In this document: positions 39,551 to 51,401 of the stretch, one piece after another
Layout of the letters: each line of letters opens with the position of its first letter
Numbering within the stretch: position 1 is the first letter of the stretch
Source: Alphaproteobacteria bacterium
GTDB taxonomy: Bacteria > Pseudomonadota > Alphaproteobacteria > CALKHQ01
DNA: 64,000 bases
Assembly: GCA_965227515.1 (NCBI GenBank)
Contig: CBDDFZ010000001.1
Coordinates: 1,152,001-1,216,000, forward strand
Direction: 5' to 3'
Notes under the pieces: generated by a model
The model's input: the letters and a program-made list of their open reading frames with translations, nothing else
Told to the model about the DNA's origin: nothing
Databases searched by the model: none
Position numbers and translations under genes: made by a program

Positions 39551-40093
39551 TCAAAACAGATACCCCAGCATGTCGATGGGGCCTGCGGGCCAGGCGGCGG
39601 CGCCGACCGGCTTGACCTGGAAGACACCGCCCAGGTCCTCGTGTTTCAGGCCGACGCTGCGGCCCTGGTGCAGCGCCAGCCACGTCGTATCGGCCTCGGC
39701 CAGGGTGCGATAGCCGTTGCTGAGATAGAGCGACGGGTCGTCGGCCATCAGGATGAGGAAGTCGACACCACCTGAGCCGCTGACATGGCCCTCCAGCGCA
39801 CCCAGCATCCCCGAGCCGAGGCCGCGCCTGCGCCGGTCCGGATGCACGCAAAGGTCGATGACGCCGGCCACCTTCAGGATGGTGCCGCCGACGTTGATGT
39901 TGCGCACGTCGAGGCCCGCTTGGCCGACAATGGCACCACCGTCCCGCGCGATCACCCGCATGTGCGGCAGCTGCTTGAAATAGCTGCGGCCCTGGAACGC
40001 GCCGTCGAAGCAGAGGTCGAGCAGGCCAGCCAGCGCGGCATGGGTCTCCGCGTCGATCCGGTGCTCGTTCATGACATTGAGGTCGATGCCCAT
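39551..40093 (-). CDS. GNAT-family acetyltransferase
   Basis: GRSYFKQLPH.R, DLCVHPDRRRRGLGS (motif A), LY..NGY, IDMLGYLF. Confidence 0.9.
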   Translation of the reverse strand: MGIDLNVMNEHRIDAETHAALAGLLDLCFDGAFQGRSYFKQLPHMRVIARDGGAIVGQAGLDVRNINVGGTILKVAGVIDLCVHPDRRRRGLGSGMLGALEGHVSGSGGVDFLILMADDPSLYLSNGYRTLAEADTTWLALHQGRSVGLKHEDLGGVFQVKPVGAAAWPAGPIDMLGYLF

Positions 40094-40204
40094 GGCGGGG
40101 CCTCCATGGCGGGGGTGAGCCGCGGGGCGAACGGCAATGATGGGGACCGGTCATCCGCGAAGCCGTTCCGTACGTATCATGAGTTGTTATCAGCTTACGC
40201 TGAA

Positions 40205-40290
40205 GTCTGCGCCAGCCCTCTCCCCCACCCGACCACCCACGAGAGTATCCTGTGATGGGTGGCCGGGTGGGGGAGAGGGCCGGTGCAGAC
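40205..40290. repeat. Palindromic repeat family A, copy 4
   Basis: GTCTGCGCCAGCCCTCTCCCCCACCCGACCACCCA-cgagagtatcctgtga-TGGGTGGCCGGGTGGGGGAGAGGGCCGGTGCAGAC. Confidence 0.95.
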
Positions 40291-40310
40291 GTGAACGATG
40301 TTGGAGCTTC

Positions 40311-40802
40311 ATGACCGATACCGCCCACCCCGGACTGCGCCGCGACCTGATCGGGCTCGCCGCCTGGGTCGTGCTGTGCCTGGCGGTCTCGGCGGTCGGC
40401 GGGCTGATCACCGCCGGCAGCGTGGAGAGCTGGTACCCGACGCTGGAGAAACCCTCGTTCAACCCGCCGAGCTGGGTGTTCGCGCCGGTCTGGACCGTGC
40501 TCTACGTCGCCATGGGCGTGGCCGCGTGGCGGGTGTGGCGCCGGCGCCATGCCGGGTCTGCCAGGGCGTTGGTGGTCTTCGGCGTGCAACTGGCGTTGAA
40601 TCTGTTGTGGTCGGCGCTGTTCTTCGGCCTGCAAAACCCCGGCCTGGCGCTGATCGAGATCGTGGTGCTGCTGATCGCCATGGTCGTCTGCGGGCTGATG
40701 TTCTGGCGCATCGACCGCTGGGCCGGCCTGCTGTTCGTGCCCTATGCCGGCTGGGTGGCGTTCGCCACGGTCCTCAACGCCGCGATCTGGTCGCTCAACT
40801 GA
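40311..40802 (+). CDS. tspO: TspO/MBR tryptophan-rich sensory protein
   Basis: WYPTLEKPSFNPPSWVFAPVWTVLY, QLALNLLWSALFFG, PYAGWVAFA.LN; GGAG RBS. Confidence 0.95.
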   Translation: MTDTAHPGLRRDLIGLAAWVVLCLAVSAVGGLITAGSVESWYPTLEKPSFNPPSWVFAPVWTVLYVAMGVAAWRVWRRRHAGSARALVVFGVQLALNLLWSALFFGLQNPGLALIEIVVLLIAMVVCGLMFWRIDRWAGLLFVPYAGWVAFATVLNAAIWSLN

Positions 40803-40864
40803 GCACATCCGCGTAAGCTTGCCCCGACACAGGATCACGCATCCGTCGCGGGGAACATCGGGTC

Positions 40865-42205
40865 ATGTCGCAGGAAGAACAGCGCCTCGTCCGCTCGGCA
40901 CGTGCGCGGCTGTCGTTCCGCGACGAGGAGGTGGCGGCCCAGCGCGCCGCGTTCAGGGCGCGGGCCTTCGCGCTGATCGGCGTTGCCGCCCTCATCACCA
41001 TGCTGACGCCGTGGCCCGGCCCGGTGTTCTATTGGGGCCTGCTGGTCCTGTTCTTCGTCATCGGCTATCTCGGCTATCTGGTGTCGAAGTCGCCATGGGG
41101 CCGCCCGGCCCATCACTACGCGGTGGTGTTCGTCGACTTCGCGCTGCTCGCGTTCACGCTCACCTTCCCCAACCCGCTGGCGCCGTTCGACCTGCCGCCG
41201 CAGGCCTCGCTCCGCTTCGGCAACTTCATCTATTTCTTCTTCCTGCTGGCGAGCCTGGCCTACGTCTACCGCCCGCGCCTGGTGCTGTGGGGCGGGTTCA
41301 GCGGCGCGGTGTGCTGGACCGTGGCCGTCACCTGGCTGGCGACCCTGCCCGACACCGTGTTGGACGCGCCGGGCGACAACGTCGCCGAGGTTTTCCTGCG
41401 CCTGATGGCCGACCCGTACTTCGTCTACATCAACGTGCGGGTGCAGGAAGTCGGCGTGCTGATGCTGACGGCGGCGCTGTTGGCGTTGGCGGTGAAGCGG
41501 ATGCGGCTGATCGCGATCCGCAAGGTGGAAGCGGCCGAGCAGCGCGCCAACCTCGCCCGCTACTTCCCGTCCCAGACCGCCGATCTTCTGGCCGACAAGG
41601 AGAACCCGTTCACCACCCCGCGCGAGCAACAGGCGGCGGTGCTGTTCGCCGATGTGGTCGGCTTCACGACGTGGTCGGAGACGCAGCCGCCGGCCCGCAC
41701 CATCGCCTATCTGCGCGAGATGCACGGCCTGCTGGCCGAGACCATCTTCCAGCGGCACGGCACGCTGGACAAGTTCATCGGCGACGGGCTGATGGCGACC
41801 TTCGGCACGCCGGCACCGGGCGAGCGCGACGCCACCAACGCGCTGCATGCGGCCCTGGACATGGCCGACCGGTTCGAGGCGTGGCGCGCCACCCTGTCCG
41901 AGGCCGACGGCGGTGGGCTCAGCCTCGCCATCGGCGTGCAATTCGGCCCCGTGGTGGTGGGCGATGTCGGCGCGGAAAGCCGGCTCGAATTCGCCACCCT
42001 GGGCGACGTGGTCAACGTGGCAAGCCGGCTGGAGGCGGCGACCCGGCAGCACGGTTGCCGCGTGCTGGTCGGCCGGGCGCTTGTCGAACGCGTGCGCCGC
42101 GAGGCACCCGACGATGCGGAGGTGCTGCTCGGCCGGTTGGAGGAGATCGGCGACATCGCGATCCGGGGCCGCGCCGCGCCGGAGTTCGTCTACGCGCTGC
42201 GCTGA
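40865..42205 (+). CDS. Membrane-bound class III adenylate/guanylate cyclase
   Basis: NLARYF, LFADVVGFT, DKFIGDGLMATFG, GDVVNVASRLE; about six N-terminal TM segments. Confidence 0.94.
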   Translation: MSQEEQRLVRSARARLSFRDEEVAAQRAAFRARAFALIGVAALITMLTPWPGPVFYWGLLVLFFVIGYLGYLVSKSPWGRPAHHYAVVFVDFALLAFTLTFPNPLAPFDLPPQASLRFGNFIYFFFLLASLAYVYRPRLVLWGGFSGAVCWTVAVTWLATLPDTVLDAPGDNVAEVFLRLMADPYFVYINVRVQEVGVLMLTAALLALAVKRMRLIAIRKVEAAEQRANLARYFPSQTADLLADKENPFTTPREQQAAVLFADVVGFTTWSETQPPARTIAYLREMHGLLAETIFQRHGTLDKFIGDGLMATFGTPAPGERDATNALHAALDMADRFEAWRATLSEADGGGLSLAIGVQFGPVVVGDVGAESRLEFATLGDVVNVASRLEAATRQHGCRVLVGRALVERVRREAPDDAEVLLGRLEEIGDIAIRGRAAPEFVYALR

Positions 42206-42209
42206 ACGT

Positions 42210-43025
42210 TCATTCGTACTCCTGCTCGCGCTCGATCATGTCAAAAACGAGATTTACGAGGGGGATTGGCCATTCGACACCGTAGTACTCCATATTGCTC
42301 CACAGGATCTCGGCTTCCTCCGGCGTCTGGAACGCCGGCCCAAAGTGCCGAGGATAGAGCGCTTCCATCATGTTGATGGTCTCCAAGCCAAGCTTTCGTC
42401 TCTCGTCAGTTTGTCGGCGGGCCGGTTCATGAAGGAGTAGGAAATAGAAACAGACAACTATTCCAATTATCAAGTACAAGATCACCAAGAATCTCATGTT
42501 GTTGATAGCAACTATTCCTAAAAACCAAGCTGAAAAGTGCAAGACAAAAGGTGATGAAACGAGGATAAAGAGCTTGATGAATGTTGGAAAAGATTCCTTG
42601 AAGTCTAGGCGCCAGCGCGTTTTGTGTCGGCTCGCCATCAAGCCTAGCTCGCGCATAGTCTCGTAGTATGTGATGCCGTACCTATACATCGCGGCCGCGA
42701 ACAATTCCGCGGCAAGGAGTTTGCCCACTTCCAGGGAGCGGAACGGCAGATCGAGAAACGTCTCGGTCGCCCGCTCCAGGGCCGCCACGTCGACATGCGG
42801 CGGCCGATTGGCGCGCATGCGCGCTTTCGGGTCCGGGTCGGGCGCCCAGAACACCTCCGGCGGCTTCAGCAAACGGTTGATCCGGCGGCCATCTGGCGCA
42901 GCGAATGCCCCGCGGGCCGTGTCGACGATATCGGTGGCTTGCTTCAGCAGCCTAGCGAACGCGTCATCGGACAGCGCGTTGCGTGCGGCATGGCGCAGGG
43001 CGGTGTCCGTGATCTCGCGTAGCAA
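42210..43025 (-). CDS. Hypothetical membrane protein (start uncertain)
   Basis: 271-aa ORF with two TM segments encoded by a locally AT-rich block; the frame stays open ~68 codons upstream with no ATG/GTG/TTG. Confidence 0.55.
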   Translation of the reverse strand: MLREITDTALRHAARNALSDDAFARLLKQATDIVDTARGAFAAPDGRRINRLLKPPEVFWAPDPDPKARMRANRPPHVDVAALERATETFLDLPFRSLEVGKLLAAELFAAAMYRYGITYYETMRELGLMASRHKTRWRLDFKESFPTFIKLFILVSSPFVLHFSAWFLGIVAINNMRFLVILYLIIGIVVCFYFLLLHEPARRQTDERRKLGLETINMMEALYPRHFGPAFQTPEEAEILWSNMEYYGVEWPIPLVNLVFDMIEREQEYE

Positions 43026-43423
43026 GTGCGCGTAGACCGACGCTGCAATCCCGTCGGAGTCCGCGGTGGTGAACGCGCTGCAAGCGCTCAGGCAGGCGGC
43101 AATGGCTTCGTCACGCTGGGCTTGCCAAAGCGCTGGTATCGGTAGCGGCGGGTCTTCGAAATTGTCCGACAGAAGTGAAATCCGCTCGTTGTGCCAGCCC
43201 GATCGCCCGGCAAATATCGAGGCGTGCCATTACGAGAATATAGTAACAAATATTCTATCATAATGATGCGCGAGGTTGGGCGAGCCGGGGTGACTGATTG
43301 CTGCGCAGTTTGACACAGATTGCACGCGACGGCCCAAGGGTCGCCCCCACGATTGCCCTGGGCGTGGATATGCCCGAGACTGCGCGCCCGAACCCGTCCG
43401 CCACTCATCCGGAGCACCGTGCC

Positions 43424-44239
43424 TTGTCCGACACTGCCGCCAACCCTCGTTTCCCGTTCCCCGCCAAGCCCGTGGTGGCGATGGCGCATTTCCCGCCGCT
43501 GCCGGGCGCGCCCGGCTATGACCGCGACGGCGGGCTCGCCAAGATCATGGACTGGGTGGCCGCCGACCTGGATGCGCTGCAGGCGGGCGGCGTCGACGCG
43601 GTGATGTTCGGCAACGAGGGCGACCGGCCCTACACGTTCAAGGTGCCGGCCGAGGGTGTCGCCACCATGGCGGCGATCATCGGCGAGCTGAAGCCGGCGC
43701 TGAAGGTGCCGTTCGGCGTTAACGTGCTGTGGGACCCGTCGGCTTCCGTCGCTCTGGCCGCCGCCACTGGCGCCACCTTCGTGCGCGAGATCTTCACCGG
43801 GGTCTATGCCGCCGACATGGGAGTGTGGGCGCCCGACGCCTATGCCGCCATGAAGCTGCGTTCCGACCTGGGCCGCGCGGACGATCTGGCGCTGATCTTC
43901 AACATCAATGCCGAGTTCGCCGCTCCCCTCGACACCCGCGCGATCGCAAAGCGCGCGCAGAGTGCGGTGTTCTCAGCCCAGGCCGACATCATCGCCGTCT
44001 CCGGCCCGATGACCGGCGAGGCGGCCGAGCAGTCCGACCTGCGCACGGTCAAGCAGGCGGTGGGCGACACGCCCGTGTTCGCCAACACCGGCGTGCGGGC
44101 GGAGACGGTGGCCGACGTGCTCTCCATCGCCGATGGGTGCGTCGTCGGTACCGCCCTCAAGCACGGCGGCGACACCTGGGCCAAGGTCGATCCCGACCGG
44201 GTGCGGCGGTTCATGGACGCGGCCAGCGGCGCGCGCTGA
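43424..44239 (+). CDS. BtpA/SgcQ family protein
   Basis: MAHFPPLPGAP, GGVDAVMFGNEGDRPY, PFGVNVLWD, ANTGV, DGCVVGT.LK. Confidence 0.93.
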   Translation: MSDTAANPRFPFPAKPVVAMAHFPPLPGAPGYDRDGGLAKIMDWVAADLDALQAGGVDAVMFGNEGDRPYTFKVPAEGVATMAAIIGELKPALKVPFGVNVLWDPSASVALAAATGATFVREIFTGVYAADMGVWAPDAYAAMKLRSDLGRADDLALIFNINAEFAAPLDTRAIAKRAQSAVFSAQADIIAVSGPMTGEAAEQSDLRTVKQAVGDTPVFANTGVRAETVADVLSIADGCVVGTALKHGGDTWAKVDPDRVRRFMDAASGAR

Positions 44240-44241
44240 GC

Positions 44242-45744
44242 ATGGCGGACCATGGGAAGGGCGACCGTCGCCTGGCCATCGGGCTTGACATCGGCACCAC
44301 GTCGACGGTCGGCATCCTGATCGACACGGATGGCGGCACGCTGGCCAAGGCGACGCGGGAGAGCGATCTCTCCTCGCCCCATGCCGGCTGGGCCGAGGCC
44401 GACCCGGCGCAGTGGCGGCGCAACGCGATGGCGGTGCTGGGCGAACTGGCGGCGGCCGCGCGGGCGCCAATCGGCGCGGTCGGCGTCACCGGCATGCTGC
44501 CGGCGCTGGTGCTGCTCGACGCCGAGGGGCGGCCGCTGCGCCCCAGCATCCAGCAGAACGATGCCCGCACCGAGCGCGAGATCGCAGAGATGGCGGGCGA
44601 CACCGACGTCGACGCCTTCTTCGCCATGACCGGCCAGGGCATCACCCAGCAGCTCGTCGGCCCGCGCCTGCGCTGGCTGGAGCGCCACGAGCCGGACGTG
44701 TTCGGCCGCATCGACACGGTGCTCGGCGCCTACGACTACATCAACTTCGAGCTCACCGGCGTGCGCTCGGTGGAGCGCAACTGGGCGCTGGAGGCGGGCC
44801 TGCTGGATGCCGCCACCGGCGCGCCCGACCCGGCATTGCTGGCGCTGGCGCATTGCCAGCCGGACTGGCTGCCGGCACCGCGCGACGGGCACGAGGTGAT
44901 CGGCGCGATTACTGATGCGGTGGCGGCGGAGACCGGGCTTGCCGCCGGCACGCCGGTGGTGGCCGGCGTCGCCGACCACGTGACCTCGGCGTTCGTGGCC
45001 GGTGTCATCGACGAGGGCGACATCCTGATCAAGTTCGGTGGCGCCGGCGACATCCTGCTCGCCACCGACCGGCCTCGCCCGGACCCGAGGCTGTTCCTGG
45101 ACCTGCACAACCGGCCCGGCCTGTGGCTGACCAATGGCTGCATGGCGGCCAGCGGCAGCGTGCTGAAGTGGATCGCGCGCGAGATTGCCGGCGGGCGCTA
45201 TTCCTATGCCGAGCTGGACGAGATGGCGGCGGCGGTGCCGCCGGGGGCCGGCGGGCTGGTGCTGCTGCCCTATTTCCTCGGTGAGAAGACGCCGCTGCAC
45301 GACCCGAACGCGCGCGGCACGCTGGTCGGCCTCGGCCTCCACCACAAGCTGGGCCACATCTGGCGCGCGGCGCTGGAGGCGGTGGTGTTCGGCTTCCGCC
45401 ACCATATCGAGGTGTTTACCGAGATGGGGCTGGAGGTGCGGCGGGTCCGCTCGTCCAACGGCGGGTCGGAGAGCGCGGTCTGGCTGCAGATCGCCGCTGA
45501 CGTGCTGCAGATGCCGGTGACCCACGTGGCGGGCCATCCCGGCTCGTGCCTGGGTGCCGCCTACACCGCCGCGGTCGGCACCGGCATGATCGAGGGCTGG
45601 GACAGGATCGGCGACTATGTCAGCGAGGGCCGCACCTATGCGCCCGATGCGGACGCGAAGGCGGCCTACGACCACGCCTATGGCCTCTACCGCGAGGTCT
45701 ACGAGCGGCTGAGGGACCTCTACCCGCGCCTGGCGGGGCCGTAG
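44242..45744 (+). CDS. FGGY-family carbohydrate kinase (xylulokinase-like)
   Basis: GLDIGTTS, GWAE.DP..W, QNDAR, LPYFLGEKTP..DP.ARG. Confidence 0.93.
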   Translation: MADHGKGDRRLAIGLDIGTTSTVGILIDTDGGTLAKATRESDLSSPHAGWAEADPAQWRRNAMAVLGELAAAARAPIGAVGVTGMLPALVLLDAEGRPLRPSIQQNDARTEREIAEMAGDTDVDAFFAMTGQGITQQLVGPRLRWLERHEPDVFGRIDTVLGAYDYINFELTGVRSVERNWALEAGLLDAATGAPDPALLALAHCQPDWLPAPRDGHEVIGAITDAVAAETGLAAGTPVVAGVADHVTSAFVAGVIDEGDILIKFGGAGDILLATDRPRPDPRLFLDLHNRPGLWLTNGCMAASGSVLKWIAREIAGGRYSYAELDEMAAAVPPGAGGLVLLPYFLGEKTPLHDPNARGTLVGLGLHHKLGHIWRAALEAVVFGFRHHIEVFTEMGLEVRRVRSSNGGSESAVWLQIAADVLQMPVTHVAGHPGSCLGAAYTAAVGTGMIEGWDRIGDYVSEGRTYAPDADAKAAYDHAYGLYREVYERLRDLYPRLAGP

Positions 45745-45755
45745 CACCCACCAAT

Positions 45756-45868
45756 TGTCATCCTTGACCGACGCACCCAGAACTTGTTCGGGGCGCCGGG
45801 TCGAGGATCCATGGCCGGTTTCGCGCGATGCCTGGAATGGACCCTCGGCGCTGCGGCCGAGGGTGACA
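45756..45868. repeat. TGTC...CCAT REPIN-like element between convergent genes
   Basis: TGTCATCCTTGACC..(extended hairpin, CTTG loop)..GGTCGAGGATCCAT, then inverted ATGGACCCTCGGCGCTGCGGCCGAGGGTGACA. Confidence 0.75.
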
Positions 45869-45887
45869 TTATTGGGGACCGGCGCGC

Positions 45888-46139
45888 CTATCCCTTGGCA
45901 GCCGGCGGCTGTATGACGATCCGCGACAGGATGCGGCGCACCATTGGCGCCACTACAAGCACGGTGGGGAAGGCGAACGCCCACGACGAGACCCATGAGC
46001 TCATCCAGGTGCCGAAGAACGCCGGCGTCAGGCCTAGCGCGATCAGCGTCGCGACGCCGGAGACCATGAACGACATCAGCGCCGACAGCAAAAAGCCGAA
46101 CGCATAGGGCTCCAGCCGCTTGGGAATGAAGGGACGCAC
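45888..46139 (-). CDS. DUF2798 family small membrane protein
   Basis: IPKR..Y.FGFLLS.LMS..VSG..T...W..SW..AFP....VAP.VRR; GGAG RBS before GTG. Confidence 0.85.
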   Translation of the reverse strand: MRPFIPKRLEPYAFGFLLSALMSFMVSGVATLIALGLTPAFFGTWMSSWVSSWAFAFPTVLVVAPMVRRILSRIVIQPPAAKG

Positions 46140-46176
46140 TGTGTGCTCCGTTATTGTGACCGCGCGCCCGGATCTT

Positions 46177-46605
46177 TCATCGCACCGCGGCGTCGGCGGT
46201 TCCGTCAGCGGCAAAGCGCCTTCTCATGCGCGCCGACTTGAACAGGAAGACGGATATGCCGATGTAGGCGGCAATCTCGACCACATAGGCGATGTCGTAA
46301 GCGAGCCCATCCAGGTAGTCGAACGTCTCGACCGTGCAGATCGACCCCAGGACGGTGTAGGCGATGGCCATGGCGAACGGCGTGTGGCGCCAGCGCGATT
46401 TCCAGCCGATCAGAAACAGCGGTCCGGCGACCAGAATCACAGCGAAATGCAGGAACTGCAGCCCGGGCGGAAAAGCCGGGTTTTGCAGCGGGATCAGGAC
46501 GGTCTGGCCGGTAACATATTCGAACAGCCCCAACGCGCCCCACAGCGCCAGGAACGTCGAAACCAAGAGCAAGAAGACCTCGAACAACCAGGCCGCGGTC
46601 GCCAT
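46177..46605 (-). CDS. Hypothetical four-TM membrane protein
   Basis: Hydrophobic ORF directly downstream of the SDR gene; LQNP.FP.GLQF.H, WRHTP. Confidence 0.75.
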   Translation of the reverse strand: MATAAWLFEVFLLLVSTFLALWGALGLFEYVTGQTVLIPLQNPAFPPGLQFLHFAVILVAGPLFLIGWKSRWRHTPFAMAIAYTVLGSICTVETFDYLDGLAYDIAYVVEIAAYIGISVFLFKSARMRRRFAADGTADAAVR

Positions 46606-46653
46606 CTGGAAACCTTGAAGCCGTCACTTCCGCCGCCGCGCCGGGGGCTGCCG

Positions 46654-47424
46654 CTACACCCAACCCCCATCCACGATGTAGCTCTGGTTGGTCATCGCGC
46701 TCGAATCGTCGGACGCCATGAACAGCACCACGCGGGCCATGTCCTCCGGCACCAGCTTGCGTTTCAGGCACTGGCGGTTCATCAGCTCGACCTCGCCCTC
46801 GGGCGTCAGCCACAGGTTCTTCTGGCGCTCGGTCATGATCCAGCCCGGCGCGATCGAGTTGACCCGGATGTTGAACTCGCCCAGGTCGCGGGCGAGGCTG
46901 CGGGTGAGACCAAGATTGCCGGACTTGGCGGCGGTGTAGGCGGCCATGCCGCCCTGGCCGATCATCCAGCTGGTCGAGCCGAAATTGACGATGACGCCGC
47001 CGCCGGCCTGCTTCATGCCAGGCGCCACCGCCTGCGCCGCGAAGAACTGGTGGCGCAAATTCACCTCGAACCGCTCGTCCCAGTACTCGACCGTCACGTC
47101 TTCCAGCTTGTGGCGCTCGTCGTGGGCCGCGTTGTTGACCAGCACGGTGATGGTGCCGAGTTCGTCGGCCACCTGCTTGATGCAGGCGCGCAGCGCGTCG
47201 ATGTCGCGCAACTGGCAGGGCAGAAACATCGGCGCCGGGTGGCCGGACGCGGCGATATCGTCGACCAGCGCCTTCGACGCATCTTCGGCGATGTCGACGA
47301 ACGCGACCTTGGAGCCCTGCTCGCAGAACCCGCGCACGATGGCGGCCCCGATGCCCATGCCGCCGCCGGTGATGAAGACGACCTTGTCCTTCAGGCTGGT
47401 GTAGACGGTGCTGCTGGTGGTCAT
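46654..47424 (-). CDS. SDR sugar dehydrogenase (D-xylose/D-galactose 1-dehydrogenase, Caulobacter XylB-like)
   Basis: Y.SLK.K.V.ITGGG.GIG, VLVNNAA.D.RH...DVT..YWDER..VNLRH, YTAAK, QCLK; closely resembles Weimberg-pathway XylB. Confidence 0.88.
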   Translation of the reverse strand: MTTSSTVYTSLKDKVVFITGGGMGIGAAIVRGFCEQGSKVAFVDIAEDASKALVDDIAASGHPAPMFLPCQLRDIDALRACIKQVADELGTITVLVNNAAHDERHKLEDVTVEYWDERFEVNLRHQFFAAQAVAPGMKQAGGGVIVNFGSTSWMIGQGGMAAYTAAKSGNLGLTRSLARDLGEFNIRVNSIAPGWIMTERQKNLWLTPEGEVELMNRQCLKRKLVPEDMARVVLFMASDDSSAMTNQSYIVDGGWV

Positions 47425-47453
47425 TTGTTCTTGCCCTCGCTGGCGCTCGGAAG

Positions 47454-47533
47454 TCGGCGCCGGCCCGCTCCCCCACCCAACCGCCCCAATGATACTGTCG
47501 TCGGGGGGCTGGGTGGGGGAGCGGGCTGGAGCC
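47454..47533. repeat. Palindromic repeat family A, copy 5 (diverged)
   Basis: GGCGCCGGCCCGCTCCCCCACCCAACCGCCC-caatgatactgtcgtc-GGGGGGCTGGGTGGGGGAGCGGGCTGGAGCC. Confidence 0.9.
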
Positions 47534-47573
47534 ACGAGATGAGCCATCCGGCTCATCTACTCGAACGGCTTCG

Positions 47574-49517
<1,944 letters not shown>

Positions 49518-49648
49518 CTGCCCCTCCCCGTTCGCTTGGCGTGACAAGCGATTGTTGGGCTTTGATTAGCGCGCGGGCCGAGGCGGTGGCAAGTGCGCAC
49601 AAGGGCGCGGGCCTTGCGGCGAACGCATCGCCATGCCAGATCACGCCA

Positions 49649-50071
49649 ATGATTCGCATCACCGACAACCTGGCCATCGACGAGGCCCTGATCGAGGAGA
49701 CGTTCGTGCGCGCCGGCGGGCCCGGCGGCCAGAACGTCAACAAGGTCTCCACGGCCGTGCAACTGCGCTTCGACCTTGCCGCCTGCGACAGCCTGCCGGC
49801 GGAGGTGAAGGCGCGCGCGGTGCGGCTGGCCGGCCAGCGTCTGACCAAGGAAGGCGTAATCGTGATCAGCGCCGAGCGCTTCCGGACCCAGGAGCGCAAC
49901 CGCCAGGATGCGCTCGACCGGCTGGTCGAGCTGCTGCGCGAGGCGGCCTGCCGCCCGCCGAAGCGGATCGCCACCCGGCCGACCCGGGCCTCGAAGAAGC
50001 GCCGGATGGACAGCAAGACGCGGCGGAGCCGCACGAAGCAGTTCCGGCAAAAACCAAACCCGCGAGACTGA
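49649..50071 (+). CDS. arfB: Alternative ribosome rescue factor ArfB
   Basis: RAGGPGGQNVNKVSTAV, RTQERNR, R.ATRPT.ASK.RR basic tail. Confidence 0.96.
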   Translation: MIRITDNLAIDEALIEETFVRAGGPGGQNVNKVSTAVQLRFDLAACDSLPAEVKARAVRLAGQRLTKEGVIVISAERFRTQERNRQDALDRLVELLREAACRPPKRIATRPTRASKKRRMDSKTRRSRTKQFRQKPNPRD

Positions 50072-50363
50072 CAACACACTGCCTTTTCTCAGGTACCGCC
50101 CCACCCGCATCGGCGACAATGCCATTTGTTCGATGGCGCACGACGGGGTGACCCAGGCATGGCCAACACACCCCGGTCCATGCGTGCGGTTGCAGGCCAA
50201 TCGCCTATTCTCCTGTTTAGGTTGACATCTCACTTCCGAGAGTCTCCAATTTCAATTGGCAAGGGCGAATGCACAATTCAGTGCACTCCAAGCCAGTGCT
50301 ACAGAACGAATATTTGGATATATTGTCGAATCTACCCAAATAAACAGGAAAGATAGTACAGAC

Positions 50364-51320
50364 ATGGCAAATAATTACGCAACGCTGCGGAAGTACAAAC
50401 CCACCATTATCTCGGTCTTCGTGGGATTTGCGGTCGCTTTGGCGATTTTGGTTTTTGGGCCAGAGCTTATGCTAGGAGCAGAGACTTCCAATATAGCGAG
50501 CATTTTTTTGTTTGTTCTTGGTATCGTTTTGTTAATTTTGATTATTGGCGGCCTGGCTCTATTATTTCGTGCTCACAATCTTTCGTTTCATCCCTATGCA
50601 TTTGCATTGCCAAGTGGATCGATAAGGGCATGCATTGCATTGGGGTTACTTGTTGCATTCGTTGGGGGAAGTTTTATTTTGCATTCCGGTATCGGTAATA
50701 TTTCATATGAGTTGATTAAAGAAGATATTACAGAAGATCCAAAGATTAACACCGAAGAATTATTTTCCGTCAAGGTTGGCGCAACATATTCGATCTACGC
50801 TCGAATCGATAGCGCAGGGAAAAATGAATTCGCGCAGCAAATTTTGACCACACTTGCGACGGCGCTTGCGGCTGTCATTGGCTTCTATTTTGGCAACAGG
50901 GCGACCATTACGCCTGCCGATGAGGATGAAGACAGTGACACCGGCGAGTTGGCCCAACAATACGTAGCCAGAGCAGTTGCGGCCGTATTGCGGGTCGACC
51001 AAAACAGGGCGCGTCGCGACGACATCGCAGCCCAGGTGGAGGCGGCCACTGGAGCCGATGTCAATCCAGACCAAAGGGACGCCGACCTCAAGGCGCTCGA
51101 GGACATCAAGGCTAACCTGGAAGTCAAGCGTCAAACTGCCGTCGCCCAGGAAACGGTCGCCCGGGCAAAATCCGTGGAGATCAGCAGCGCGGCGTCGGAG
51201 CAGGCGCGGCAAGTCCTACTGAGCGAATGCCAGGAAGCGGCCACTCTCGGCGAAAAGGCGGCTACTGAGGCCAGCACGCACACCGCAAGGCTGGACGAAA
51301 TCGAAAAGCGGTACCCCTAG
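50364..51320 (+). CDS. Hypothetical membrane protein with C-terminal coiled coil
   Basis: Four TM segments including ALPSGSIRA.IAL and AQQILTTL....AVIGFYFG; Ala/Glu/Gln-rich helical tail; AT-rich 5' half. Confidence 0.78.
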   Translation: MANNYATLRKYKPTIISVFVGFAVALAILVFGPELMLGAETSNIASIFLFVLGIVLLILIIGGLALLFRAHNLSFHPYAFALPSGSIRACIALGLLVAFVGGSFILHSGIGNISYELIKEDITEDPKINTEELFSVKVGATYSIYARIDSAGKNEFAQQILTTLATALAAVIGFYFGNRATITPADEDEDSDTGELAQQYVARAVAAVLRVDQNRARRDDIAAQVEAATGADVNPDQRDADLKALEDIKANLEVKRQTAVAQETVARAKSVEISSAASEQARQVLLSECQEAATLGEKAATEASTHTARLDEIEKRYP

Positions 51321-51401
51321 TCCGCGCCGGCCACACCCTTCCCTGTCACCCCGACAAGATCATTTCGTTGGGCGACTTGGAAGGGTGTGAGCCGGTGTGG
51401 A

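Noticed and set aside
40091-40116. Direct repeat CATGGCGGGGG twice at the GNAT start
   Set aside because: Too short to interpret in high-GC DNA; no associated element.
43729-44241. N-terminal extension of the FGGY kinase (671-aa ORF)
   Set aside because: It overlaps the BtpA gene out of frame; kinase motifs start after ATG 44242.
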